A DNA stretch of 63,009 nt, counting the filler, from Octopus bimaculoides (lineage: Eukaryota): the NCBI RefSeq assembly GCF_001194135.2. It is 4 parts of 4 records of this genome, joined end to end, with 100 filler letters (N's around TTAATTAATTAA, not from the genome) between each part and the next. Parts side by side here need not be neighbours in the genome. Positions count along the whole stretch, not along the records: positions 29,560 to 56,316 come from NC_069007.1; 3 more parts are not named here. One strand, given 5' to 3'. This document shows positions 38,891-51,049 of the stretch, piece by piece; the first letter of the stretch is position 1, and each line of letters opens with the position of its first letter. Position numbers and translations under genes: made by a program. The notes beneath the pieces are model-generated. The model saw nothing but the letters and a program-made list of their open reading frames with translations, had not been told where the DNA came from and ran no database searches.

Positions 38891-39501
38891 TAATATTGTA
38901 CACTTATAATATTGATTAATACACCCACTCTATTGACAAATATATGTGTGCATATTTTTTATAACATGGATTATTTATACATATATATATATAAAGGTAT
39001 GTATGTATTAAAATCATATGTATAAAAAGAGAGGCACACCATAAATATATGAATATATGTATAACATATATATTTCAATGTATGAAAATGTGTGTATACT
39101 TGTTTATAATAACATGTTGATTATATAAATTAATGTATATATTAGTATACAAATTAATAAAGTATATGAATATGAATGTATATATATATTCCAAAATGTG
39201 CAGTTGTAATACTGTGGTGTGATCATTTTGGGATGGGGCCATTTTGAGAACAATAAGTAACTGATAAGATTAAACAAAGGATATAGTAATATCCTGAATG
39301 TTTTTGGGACTTTTGATAACAATAAGTGTTTTGTATGTCTTTGATAATGATAAGAGGTTTTCAATGCATGCGTACATGTATGTATGTATGTATGGTTTGT
39401 ATGTATGCATGCATATATGCATATATGTATATATGTGTGTGAATGTATATTAAGGTGTATTTAAATTTTGGTCTGTAGATATGACATATCTTTTATGCAT
39501 C

Positions 39502-39536
<35 letters not shown>

Positions 39537-39568
39537 CTTTATCTATACATCCAAAAGCAGGTTATATA

Positions 39569-39604
<36 letters not shown>

Positions 39605-39772
39605 TGTGTCTGTGTGTATGTGCTTGTGTGTTTGTGAGTGTGTGTGTGTGTATGTGTGTGTTTGTGTATGCGTGTGCATGTTTGAATGCATGCATTTGTA
39701 TCACTTTGTGTGTGTGTATATATATATATATATGTATGTATATGTATATATATGTGTATATATATGTATATA

Positions 39773-39806
<34 letters not shown>

Positions 39807-40205
39807 NNNNNNNNNNNNNNNNNNNNNNNNNNNNNNNNNNNNNNNNNNNNNNNNNNNNNNNNNNNNNNNNNNNNNNNNNNNNNNNNNNNNNNNNNNNNNN
39901 NNNNNNNNNNNNNNNNNNNNNNNNNNNNNNNNNNNNNNNNNNNNNNNNNNNNNNNNNNNNNNNNNNNNNNNNNNNNNNNNNNNNNNNNNNNNNNNNNNNN
40001 NNNNNNNNNNNNNNNNNNNNNNNNNNNNNNNNNNNNNNNNNNNNNNNNNNNNNNNNNNNNNNNNNNNNNNNNNNNNNNNNNNNNNNNNNNNNNNNNNNNN
40101 NNNNNNNNNNNNNNNNNNNNNNNNNNNNNNNNNNNNNNNNNNNNNNNNNNNNNNNNNNNNNNNNNNNNNNNNNNNNNNNNNNNNNNNNNNNNNNNNNNNN
40201 NNNNN

Positions 40206-40237
<32 letters not shown>

Positions 40238-41045
40238 TATATATATACATATTCATATCTATATATAATCAATATGTATATTGTATAAATATTTGAATAC
40301 CTATATTGTACAGTCACTTTATATACTATCAATATATGAGGTTTTGTTTTGTGAACATAGTTGGTGATCAAGAATTGGTGACAAATAACAAGAAATAGCA
40401 AAATAAAAAAAAAAGAACATTACCAGGATGGATTATTGGTAATTTATAGTTCAGGGATTCTAATCTCTTAGTCTATAATCATAGTCATGAAATCCAATTA
40501 ATGACATAATTGCCAATATTTTTTGTAGTAAGGGGCGCAACCACATATATATATATGTCAGAGAATCTTATTTTTTTTTTACATCAAACAGCCCTTTCTC
40601 TAAACCCTACAGCTATTACCTTTAATAATTGTATTCTGTAAGTGTGATGCTCTTTGGGAGAAAAATAAATGAGAAAACAGAACGGTTGGATAAGATTTTG
40701 AAATTTTTTTCACATTCCAATGACATTTTTGACATACAAACATTTATAATACCTGGTGGTCATTACATTTTTTTTCAGTCATGCTTGTTTTTCACACCTG
40801 TCAATAATGTTTCTTTTTGTTTTTTGCACATTGAAAACTGAGGTGTTACAGGGTTAATGAATTAATAAACAATCACTAATTTTTTTAATTAAAAAAGAAA
40901 ATCTTTTGGATTTCTAGGGAGAGGGGGAGATAGAAGTTGTGTATTTTACCAAATATGGTATTTGTTCTTGGACAAATGTATGTATCAAGAATTCATCATG
41001 CTTGTCTAAGCATTCAATAATTTCCCAGTAACAGATTAGCTCTGC

Positions 41046-41084
41046 TTTGCTGAAGAGGTCTATTAAGACCGAAACATGTCCAAA
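41046..41084 (+). ncRNA. Minimal hammerhead ribozyme with intact catalytic core
   Basis: tttg-CTGAAGA-GGTCT/atta/AGACC-GAAAC-at-GTC-caaa. Stem I is 4 bp, stem II is 5 bp, stem III is the palindrome ACATGT, and the predicted GUC cleavage is after 41080. Confidence 0.7.
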
Positions 41085-41129
41085 ATTGTCTACCCAAACT
41101 GCCAAAGATCAGACTCACTCTCCCCATTG

Positions 41130-41160
41130 TACTGTATTTTATGGCATATAAGATGCACTT
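41130..41160 (+). mobile_element. Possible pogo/Tc2-type terminal inverted repeat
   Basis: tactgtattttatggcatataagatgcac resembles TACCGTATTT...TATAAGACGCAC termini as I recall them; no partner end was found. Confidence 0.35.
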
Positions 41161-41799
41161 TTTTTTTTACAAAAAAATATCTCAAAAATCCATCCTAGGC
41201 CCTATATGCAAAATTGGGCCAACATTACATGTTTTAGTGCACTAAAAACTTGTTTTTCTGAACATGTGCTGATGAAATTAGGGTGCAACTAATATGTCTC
41301 TGTATATTTTATGCCATCAAATACAGTATTTTAGTAATTTTTTTAAAAATTAATTTTAATTAGTTTTTTTAATTAATTTAAATTCTGAACTTGTTTCATT
41401 TCTTTTACCAAAATTATTAATTATGATAATTAGAATTTTTCATTTTTTGTTTTCCCCACACTATGAGCATATTATTAATTAATTAAAACTTTTTGCTTCG
41501 TTACATTAAGTACATCAGCATCAACTTTACTAATTGCACCATAATGTTTACCATTCGTTAATGAATTTAATTACCTTCCATAAATTGTTCTCATCTTTTT
41601 TTGTGTAAAATTTTACTGAAAAGTGTAAGGTCAGCAACCTTGACCCCTTTTCTAGAGCCCCTAATACTTTTCAGAGGGTGGTAAAATGTTACCATCAGCC
41701 CTGACACCTTATCTTAATGTTTGCAATAAAGTGGACCTTGCTATATGCACACAAAGACAAGGTTATTACGATATATTAAACCCCTTAAAACTGAGATTA

Positions 41800-42271
41800 T
41801 TCTGTGAAATGTAATCCTTATACATTCTAGTCTGAAAGGCCAGACTTGTGCAGTTTGAATCTAAAACTGGTAGAATATTTGAGCCAAATATGGCTGATCT
41901 AACCGTTTAGCATTCAGAATTACTTTGTCAAATGTAATGCATATTTATTCACATTGCTTTGAATAAATCAGGCATTATCTAATAGCTTCAAAATTATTTT
42001 TAGAATGACATTACAGACTTGATCTTAGAGGTCAGACCTGTCCAGTTTGTATCTCAAACTGGTAGAATATTTGAGCCAGAGATGGCTGATCTAACCGTTT
42101 AGCATTCATAATTACTTTGTCAAATGTAATGCTTATTTATTCACATTGTTTTGAATAAATCAGGCATTATCTAATAGCTTCAAAATTATTTTCAGAATAA
42201 CATTGCAGACTTGATCTGAGAGGTCAGATCTGGCAAGTTTGAAATGGTCAGTTTAAATGCTAAAGGGTTAA
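41800..42271. mobile_element. Tandem (192-bp period) TTAA-type, piggyBac-like MITE units
   Basis: aaactggtagaatatttgagcc recurs at 41864 and 42056. The right end is taaatgctaaagggTTAA (to 42271), and internal left ends ctaaccgtttagcattca match its reverse complement at 15/18. Confidence 0.75.
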
Positions 42272-42796
42272 ACTGCTCACAGGTTAATTCTCAAAGTACC
42301 CAGTATTTTTAAATCATATTTTTTTCTTATAGGAGACATTAATAAAGCAGACAGGGGTAGGGGTGGAATGAGAAGTTGTGGCAGTCATGACATTCTCATT
42401 AAAATAGCTACAATTCTGGGTACTTTCTTTTGCTGTTGTTATTATTGTTTTTGCTACTTTTTTACTGTTGTTTATTTTGTTATTTTTGTTCTTTTTTTTG
42501 CTGTTGTTGTTTATGTTGGTTTTGTTGTTGTTGTTTTGTTGTTTATATAGTTTTTTTGTTGTTTTTGCTGTGGTTTATTTTGTTTTTGTTTTTGTTATTT
42601 TTTCCATTGTTTTTGTCATTGCTTTTCCTGTTGCTGTTGCTTTTGTTGTTTGTCCCTCCAATACATTGTTAAGCCATGACCACCTCAACTTTTTGACTCA
42701 GGTAATGAGCACCTAACATCCACTATTAAGACAGTAATGTGTAATACAAGGCAAATTTGGCTGCTATTTCTTGCAGAGTGGCCAACCACATAAAGA

Positions 42797-42826
42797 CTGA
42801 TGAGATCTAATTAGACTGAAACATAC
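42797..42826 (+). ncRNA. Decayed relative of the 41046 hammerhead
   Basis: CTGATGA-GATCT/aatt/AGACT-GAAAC-at has the same spacing as the 41046 motif, but the NUH triplet and stem I are lost. Confidence 0.35.
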
Positions 42827-42899
42827 CCCCATACTAATAAAGATCAAATCAAACCCACTCTTCATTAGCTTTCTTTCTTTTATCTTTCTGTTATAATTT

Positions 42900-43620
42900 A
42901 CTTCTTTCAGTCATTGGACTGTGGCCATGCTGGGGCACCCTGGTTTTATTTTATTGGTCTCTTGCCGAACTGCTAAGTCAGAGAGTTGTATGCAAACTAA
43001 CAACACTGGTTGTCAAGCAGTGCTGGGGTACAAACACACACAGATACACACACACACACACACACACACACTTATACTCACACATGCACACACATGTACA
43101 CACACAGATACACACACATGCAGACACACATAGACACACATGCAGACAAAGACACCCACATACCCACACACACACATACATACATGCAGACACACATACA
43201 TACACACACATGCAGACAAATACACACCCACACACACACACACATACATGCATGCAGACACACATGCATGCACAGACACACATGCATCCACTCACACACA
43301 CACACATACTTACACACACACATACTTACACACACACTCATGCAAACACACACACACATGCAGACACACACACACACACACACACACATGAAGACAAAGA
43401 AATACACACATGCCAACAGACACACACACTCACACACACATACATACATGCAGACATACACATGATAGGCTTCCACACAGTTTCCATCTACAAAATCTTA
43501 ATCCACTCACAAGGCATTAGTCAACTCGGGGCCACAGTAGAAGACACTTGCCCAAGGCACCCCACAGTGGGACTGAACTCATAATCACGTGGTTGCCAAG
43601 CAAGCTTCTTAACCCTGCCA
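42900..43620 (-). mobile_element. SINE family B with an expanded internal CA-rich microsatellite
   Basis: 3' half at 42900-43030 and head at 43470-43620, separated by about 430 bp of (CA)/(CACAT) repeats. Confidence 0.8.
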
Positions 43621-43899
43621 CACCACCACACCTTCACCTACCTATTTAATTCATTTTTACTTAATCAAAATTTTAAGATTATCTCCCTTGCTATTTTTGA
43701 CCAGAATTAGTAATTTCTATAACAACAATTCTTGCTACTTAGGATGTGTTTTAATGTCTTATAGTTTGGTGGAGGGGACAGGTGGTACCAGTCATTCTTT
43801 AGGGAGTCTCCAATACATGTGTGGGTTGTAGCATAGTGGTTAAGGAAATATACTATCAGTTGTAGCTTAGTTGTAGTATAGTCAATCTAGAGTGTGGGT

Positions 43900-44690
43900 T
43901 GTAGCTGATATGATTTAACCCTAGGTCAGCCCTGATTGAGTAACCTTATTATCAAACATCACTCCAAATGTGACCATCCTGTCTTTTTTCCACAAACTGT
44001 TGGCTCCTGAGTAAATTGCTCAGTTGACCTTCTTTTTTATAAAATGTAAAGTGGTATTTGAGAGGGATTAGACTGTTATTACTGTTTAATATGAAATCAG
44101 GCCAAGTTGTTCTGACCTATGTTCACTGGCATTCCAGTCATGACCATCCCATCTTTTTGAGCATTTATAAGTCATTATTGGCTAATGTGTTTTTTTATAA
44201 ACTGGAAGTTTGTAGTTTGAGAGATATTAGGCTGTTATTTCTAGCTCTAGTTACTGTTTAGTTCGAAATCAGATCTGTTATCAAAGGCATTCCAGCCATG
44301 ACTATCCCATCTTTTACTACATTTAAGACTACATTGGCTAAAGTGTCCTTCCTTTTTTAACACTGTAAAGTGTAATTCATGTGAAACTGGCTGCTATTTC
44401 ATGCAAGTTTAACAACCACATAGAAGCTTACTTTTATGCTCTTCAAACCGTAGTTGTTGTTGTTGATGTTGTTATTGGAATTCTTGTTTAGCCCTTGGTC
44501 AATCTCGATTGAGTAGACTTCTAACCAAAGGCACTCCAGACATGGCAATCCTGTCTTTGAACAGGTAGCAATGGCTGTTGTATTATTTGATATACCTTTT
44601 GTTTTTTTTTACCATTTTTAAGACCATGGCACCAGAATTTGAGGAAGAATTTGCTGCTATTTTCCACAGTTCAAATTATCGTGTTGATAC
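43900..44690 (+). repeat. Cluster of 3-4 degenerate copies of interspersed family E
   Basis: Recurrent ggtcagccctgat..., aaaggcattccagccatgaccatcccatctttt and ggctgctatttc. Reverse copies lie at 32400, 46500 and 50290. Confidence 0.7.
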
Positions 44691-44710
44691 TCCTTATCAG
44701 TTCCTTTTGT

Positions 44711-44756
<46 letters not shown>

Positions 44757-45310
44757 ATAGTAGTAGTAGTAGTAGTAGTAGTAGTAATTGAAATGATCTC
44801 GTTCTGAGTCAATTCTTACTGACAGCTGCTTTTCCCATGCACCGGTGCTCCCTCTATGAGTCATTTTGACAGCTGTTTTTCCCATAAACTGGTTCTCCAT
44901 TTATGTGTCATCTGATGTAGTTTCCTGGATGTCAGTTGTCCTTCTTATTGTCAACCACTTTTGCAGAATGTACTGGATGTACTTTCTTGTGGCACCGACA
45001 CTAGTGGGGTTGCGCAGTCCTCAGCAAGACAAACCCAGAGACATCACAACCTTACACTTCCTCTGCTCATTTAGATGGAAGAATCCATTTTAGATGGAAG
45101 AATCCATTTTCCTCCAGTTTTTGATGAATTTTGCTAAATATTGTTCTTGGTTGATTGATAGCTGTTTAGTTGGACACAAGTATTTTAAACTTTGTTTGTT
45201 TCCTCGTGGGGGAGCGTGGAACCACTTTTCGGCCACTGCTGTTCTCAAGTCTACTCTGACTAATAACAGTACCTATTAGGATCCCAATTATGGATTAATT
45301 AGCACAATAG

Positions 45311-45434
45311 AGCTTGCCTACTGATGCATGTAAAGACTGGACCCAACAGAACCTGCAGAAAATAACCTACATGGTTCAACGGAGGGAAAAGCTGCAGCAG
45401 CTGCGGATTATAGAGTGCAGGGAACAAGATGTGG
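45311..45434 (+). CDS. Candidate coding exon of an unidentified gene (SLPTDACKDWTQQNLQKITYMVQRREKLQQLRIIECREQDV)
   Basis: 41 open codons with protein-like, helical composition, ending at G|GTAAG. The acceptor (cacaatag) is weak and no homology was recognised. Confidence 0.35.
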
Positions 45435-45911
45435 GTAAGGATTATAGAGTGCAGGGAACAAGATGTGGGTAAGGATTATAGAGTGCAGGGAACAAGATGT
45501 GGGTAAGGATTATAGAGTGCAGGGAACAAGANNNNNNNNNNNNNNNNNNNNNNNNNNNNNNNNNNNNNNNNNNNNNNNNNNNNNNNNNNNNNNNNNNNNN
45601 NNNNNNNNNNNNNNNNNNNNNNNNNNNNNNNNNNNNNNNNNNNNNNNNNNNNNNNNNNNNNNNNNNNNNNNNNNNNNNNNNNNNNNNNNNNNNNNNNNNN
45701 NNNNNNNNNNNNNNNNNNNNNNNNNNNNNNNNNNNNNNNNNNNNNNNNNNNNNNNNNNNNNNNNNNNNNNNNNNNNNNNNNNNNNNNNNNNNNNNNNNNN
45801 NNNNNNNNNGGATTATAGAGTGCAGGGAACAAGATGTGGGTAAGGATTATAGAGTGCAGGGAACAAGATGTGGGTAAGGATTATAGAGTGCAGGGAACAA
45901 GATGTGGGTAA
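45405..45911 (+). repeat. 34-bp minisatellite ggattatagagtgcagggaacaagatgtgggtaa, interrupted by a gap
   Basis: Three full identical units plus a partial unit before the gap, and three identical units after it. Confidence 0.97.
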
Positions 45912-46499
45912 GTAAGACATTTGTCATTCCTTTCATCTGTCTTCATCCCCAATCATCTTGACCGGAATCGAAGTTGGTCTTGGATTAGAAATCATGGTCG
46001 ATGGTGTGAAATTCTTATTCCACCTTAAGCAAAGTCATCTTGCCGGTCAGTGGCAATCCCTGTGGTTGGCTAAATGTGTCCTTGTTGTTCCAATGGACGA
46101 ACATATATTTCTTCATGTTTATATTCCACTGTGGCCAAATTTATTCAGAATTCATAAAATGGTAATAAATATATTAAGAACTAATGAAACTAATCTCTGT
46201 TCCGCTTGCTTTCTGCCCCTGCTATGACAGCGTGGTTTTTGTGCCGAATATATTATCAGAAAGAGAAACAAGGTACAAAGGAGAAAATATATCAAGTATT
46301 TTGATTTCTGGTTTCCGGTTCAGTTCTCAGTATATTATGTTCTTCAACAAGGCATTACTTTTCCCCTTCCCCATTAAGCATTATTCATGTATACCCCGCA
46401 CCACAATTGTTATTTTCTCCAACAGCAGATTTATCTCCCCTGCCTGGAATTTTCATGCCTTTATATTATTCCATTACAATTGCAGATACCAACAAGGAA

Positions 46500-46625
46500 G
46501 CTTCTACATGGTCACTCACTCTGCTAGAAATAGCAAATCAACTTCTCTTAACTTTGAAAAGGACACAGTGACTAATGTGGTCATAAGAAAAAGATGGGGT
46601 GATCATGGCTGGAATACCTTTCTCT
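46500..46625 (-). repeat. Family E copy
   Basis: ctgctagaaatagc and aaaaagatggggtgatcatggctggaatacc are reverse complements of family-E motifs. Confidence 0.7.
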
Positions 46626-46773
46626 ACTTCTGGAAGAACTTGACCGTGGTCAGACCTGGAAATGGATGGGCTCTGCCAGATCTAAAAATGTCCAAGACAT
46701 ACTGTATATGATGATAGCATCCCTATGATTCTCTTGAAGGGTTACGGACACATGGCATATATATATATATATT

Positions 46774-46804
<31 letters not shown>

Positions 46805-47103
46805 ANNNNNNNNNNTATATATATATATATATATATATACGTGCACACACACACACACAAATATATGTTATATATATGTATGTATACCATGGGTTTCAGG
46901 GCAGCATCTGTGGATGATGTTCTACTCACAGGATGTGCTAGTTGTTGCTGTTGTTGCTGTTGTTGTTGTTTAACCCCAGGTCAGCTCTGACTCCGCAGAC
47001 TCGCTGATCAAATTCGTTCCACCTATAATCACGTTACCATTTTTTTTTTTATTCAGACAAAATGTATCTAGGGATGTAATCATCCAATGTCTGTGATTTC
47101 TGG

Positions 47104-47430
47104 GAAATCAGCTGCAATTACAGTGATGATGACGATGATGACGATGATGGCGATGATGATGATGATGATGATGACGATGATGATGACAACGACGACGATG
47201 ATGATGATGATGATGATGACGACGACGATGATGATGATGATGAAGATGATGATGACGATGATGATGATGATGATGATGATGATGACGATGATGATGACGA
47301 TGACGACGACGACGACGATGATGATGATGATGATGATGACGATGATGAAGATGATGAAGATGATGATGATGATGATGATGATGATGACAGTGATGATGAT
47401 GATGTCAACAGTGATGATGAATATGATGTA
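47104..47430. repeat. (GAT/GAC)n trinucleotide tract
   Basis: Read directly from the sequence. Confidence 0.97.
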
Positions 47431-48188
47431 ATTAATAATTAAGCTAATTCAATTCTAAGGGAATTTATCAAAATTTTAAATTCCAATTTGTTTAATTTCC
47501 TCTCCACAAATAATGATTCTTTTATTCGTTTTTTTTTTTTTTTTTTTTTTTTTTNNNNNNNNNNNNNNNNNNNNNNNNNNNNNNNNNNNNNNNNNNNNNN
47601 NNNNNNNNNNNNNNNNNNNNNNNNNNNNNNNNNNNNNNNNNNNNNNNNNNNNNNNNNNNNNNNNNNNNNNNNNNNNNNNNNNNNNNNNNNNNNNNNNNNN
47701 NNNNNNNNNNNNNNNNNNNNNNNNNNNNNNNNNNNNNNNNNNNNNNNNNNNNNNNNNNNNNNNNNNNNNNNNNNNNNNNNNNNNNNNNNNNNNNNNNNNN
47801 NNNNNNNNNNNNNNNNNNNNNNNNNNNNNNNNNNNNNNNNNNNNNNNNNNNNNNNNNNNNNNNNNNNNNNNNNNNNNNNNNNNNNNNNNNNNNNNNNNNN
47901 NNNNNNNNNNNNNNNNNNNNNNNNNNNNNNNNNNNNNNNNNNNNNNNNNNNNNNNNNNNNNNNNNNNNNNNNNNNNNNNNNNNNNNNNNNNNNNNNNNNN
48001 NNNNNNNNNNNNNNNNNNNNNNNNNNNNNNNNNNNNNNNNNNNNNNNNNNNNNNNNNNNNNNNNNNNNNNNNNNNNNNNNNNNNNNNNNNNNNNCTGTCA
48101 ATCTATCTGTCTGTCTGTCTGTCTGCCTATCTGCCTGTCTGCCTGTCTATTAATCTGTCTATGTATCTGTCTGTCTGCCTCTGTGTCC

Positions 48189-48224
<36 letters not shown>

Positions 48225-48765
48225 ATATATGTATGTATGTATATGTGTGTATGTGTTCATGTGCATGTGTGTGTTTGTATGTGTGTGTATGTGTGTGCAT
48301 GTTACTGTCTCTTTTCCTTGACATCGAGTGATTGCTGTAAATGAGAGTCACTGTTATACAAGCAGAATCATTTATTTCCAATCCTCTGTGAAAACATTTC
48401 TGCTTATAGAGAACTTTAACCTTGTTTGGAAACAGGCGCCGGTCAGCTACTGGAAGGGCCTCAGCAAATTCCATCTGACCCATGCGAGCATAGAAAAGTC
48501 CACATTAAACAATGATGAAGATGAAGATGATGATGATGATGAAGAAGTGATATGTGCTGACCCAATGACCTAGTAATCTCAACAACAACAACAACAACAG
48601 CTTGAAGCAATCTGTGAGTTCTTCAACTTGTTCATAGTTATTTCGATGAATATTGTACAGGTGATGTAAGTTGATGTGAGATCTTCTTCAGATGAAAAAA
48701 AAATTAAGAAAAGGACAAAAGGTGAGATAGAAGACATTTTAAGATTCCTTTGAACCGTTGCTTGT

Positions 48766-49900
48766 TGCTTCTTATGTCGTTTATAAATTGCTTAGTGCCT
48801 TGTGACTATTTCTACTGTTGCTTGTTGCCTTGTCTGTCTGTGAAAAGTTGCTCTGTTTGCCTTTGAATAGTTGCTTGTTACCTTGTTGGTCGGTGAAAAG
48901 TTTCATGTTGCCTTGTTTGTCTTTGAATAGTTGCTTCTTGCCTTACCCATCTGTGAAAAGTTGCTTATTGCCTTATCTGTCTTTCAATAGTTGCTTGTTG
49001 TCTTCTCTGTCTTTGAACAATTACAGGTTGCCTTGTCTGTCTTTGAAAAGTTGCCTGTTGCCTTGTCTGTCTTTGAAAAGTTGCCTATTGCCTTGTCTGT
49101 CTTTGAAAAGTTGCATGTTGCTTTGCCTGTCTTTCTATAGTTGCTTGTTGCCTTGTCTGTGTGAAAAGTTGCTTGTTGCCTTGTCTGTCTGTTAATAGTT
49201 GCTTGTTGTGTTGTCTGTCTTTGAAAAGTTGCATGTTACCTTACCTGTCTTTGAATAGTTGCTAGTCGTCTTGTCTGTCTGTTAATAGTTGCTTGTTTCC
49301 TAGTCTGTCATTTTTTGTCTTGCCTTGTCTTTTTTGAAATAATTGCTTTTTTTGTTGTCTTTGTTTGAACAGTTGCTGTGTAACTTACCTGTCTGTAAAA
49401 AGTTGGTTTTTGCCTTATCTATCTGTGAATAGTTGCATGCTGCATTGTCTTGTCTTTAAATAGTCGCTTGTTGTCTTTAAATAGTTGCCTTGTCTATGCC
49501 TGAATAGTTGCTTGCTGTCTTGTCTTTAAATAGTTGCCTTGTCTATGCCTGAATAGTTGCTTGCTGTCTTGTCTTTAAATAGTTGCCTTGTCTATGCCTG
49601 AATAGTTGCTTGTTACTTCTTTCTTTAAAAGTTGCTCGCTTTTTCTTTGAAAGTTGCTTGTTACTCCTCTTGTCTTTCTTTGGATAGTTGCTTGTTGCTT
49701 CTCTTGTCTTTGAAAGTTGCTTACTATTTAGTCTTGTCTTTCTTTCAAAGTTGCTTGTTGCTTCTCTTGTCTTTCTTTGAAAATTGCTTGTTGCTTTTCT
49801 TATCTGTCTTTAAAAGTTGCTTGCTCTTTCTTTCTTCTTTCCTTTACTTGATTCTTCTCTCATCTACCTTTGAATAGTTGCCTACAGCACAACTTTCTTT
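48766..49900. repeat. Degenerate 30-bp minisatellite (gttgcttgttgccttgtctgtctttgaaaa) containing a 49-bp x3 block
   Basis: More than 30 diverged units; the perfect 49-bp period starts at 49471, 49520 and 49569. Confidence 0.92.
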
Positions 49901-50289
49901 AAATAATTGCTTGAGCAAGCAATTGCTTGCTGTTCTCTTGTGTTTCTTCAAATAATTACCTACTTCCTTGCTTTCAAGCAGTTTTCTTGTTGCTTCCTCC
50001 ATCTTGTAACTTTGCCAGTCTTTCAACTGAGCCCTGATGCTTCTGTTTTAGACCAGTGTTTGGTCCATGAACCCCTAATCTATCCCAAAATAGCCCCTTT
50101 TCATTAGACCCCACAACTTAAATGAGCAGAAAAATATAACAAGCTGCCATTGAACTCTGGACTATCCAGAGGAAGACAAACAGAGCAATACAACAACAAC
50201 AATAACAACAGCAATAGTAGCCATAGCAACAACAGCAGCAGCAGCAGCAGCAGCAACAACAACAACAACAACAATAGGAATGAGGGAGC

Positions 50290-50520
50290 CTCTATGCAGT
50301 TGCTTGGACTGCTAGAAATAACAGCCGTGTTTCTCTCAAATCAAATCTTAACCATGTTAAAAAAAGAAAGGTGGGGAAGGCAAGGAACACTTTGAATGAG
50401 GTAGTCCTAGGTATACTACTCCTGAAAGCAAGATGAGGTGGGCATGGCTGGAAAAGGCTTTGATCGTGGCTCTGTTCAATCAAGGATCACCTGGGAATGA
50501 ATAACAACAACAACAACAAC
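50290..50520 (-). repeat. Family E copy
   Basis: ctgctagaaataacagcc...catggctggaaaaggctttgatc. Confidence 0.65.
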
Positions 50521-50699
50521 AAGAACTATAGCAACAACAATAACAACACCAGCAGCAGCAGTAGCAGCAGGAGCAACAGTAGTAGCAAATACAATAGCGG
50601 CAACAACAATAACAATTAGAGCAACAATAATGATAAAAAATTACACCAACAACAACAGCAACAATAATAAGAATAATAATCATAATACTACTAATAATT

Positions 50700-50940
50700 A
50701 TGATGGTTTCTAATTTTGGCACAAGGCCAGACATTTTTTTTAGTGGGGGGGAGGGGGGAGGTTGATTAAATCAACCCCCAGTACTCAACTGGTACTTATT
50801 TTATCATCGACCCCCCCCCCCGCGAAATGGATGAAAGGCAAAGTTGACCTTGGGCAGAAATTGAACACTCAGAACGCGAAGACAGACAAAATGCTGCTAA
50901 GCATTTTGCCTGGTGTGCTAACGATTCTGCCAGCTTGATG
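50700..50940 (-). mobile_element. SINE family A
   Basis: ggtttctaattttggcacaaggccag...ggatgaaaggcaaagttgacc...ctaacgattctgccagc. Confidence 0.85.
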
Positions 50941-50943
50941 ATG

Positions 50944-50982
<39 letters not shown>

Positions 50983-51049
50983 GCATTCAGTGGAGAATGA
51001 GGGGTTTGGGATATTCAAGGACAATTAATACTGTAAGCCTCACTTTAAG

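Noticed and set aside
46184-46711. 175-aa ORF as a gene
   Set aside because: Its 3' half runs through a reverse-oriented family-E repeat, it has no protein motifs, and the start is non-ATG.
47087-47431. Poly-Met/poly-Ser ORFs, likewise poly-Glu (52234-52611) and poly-Ile/Asn (54548-54961)
   Set aside because: They are translations of trinucleotide microsatellites.
48818-49195. Cys/Leu-rich decapeptide-repeat protein
   Set aside because: It is a by-product of the 30-bp minisatellite; flanking units break the frame, and there is no ATG or splice support.
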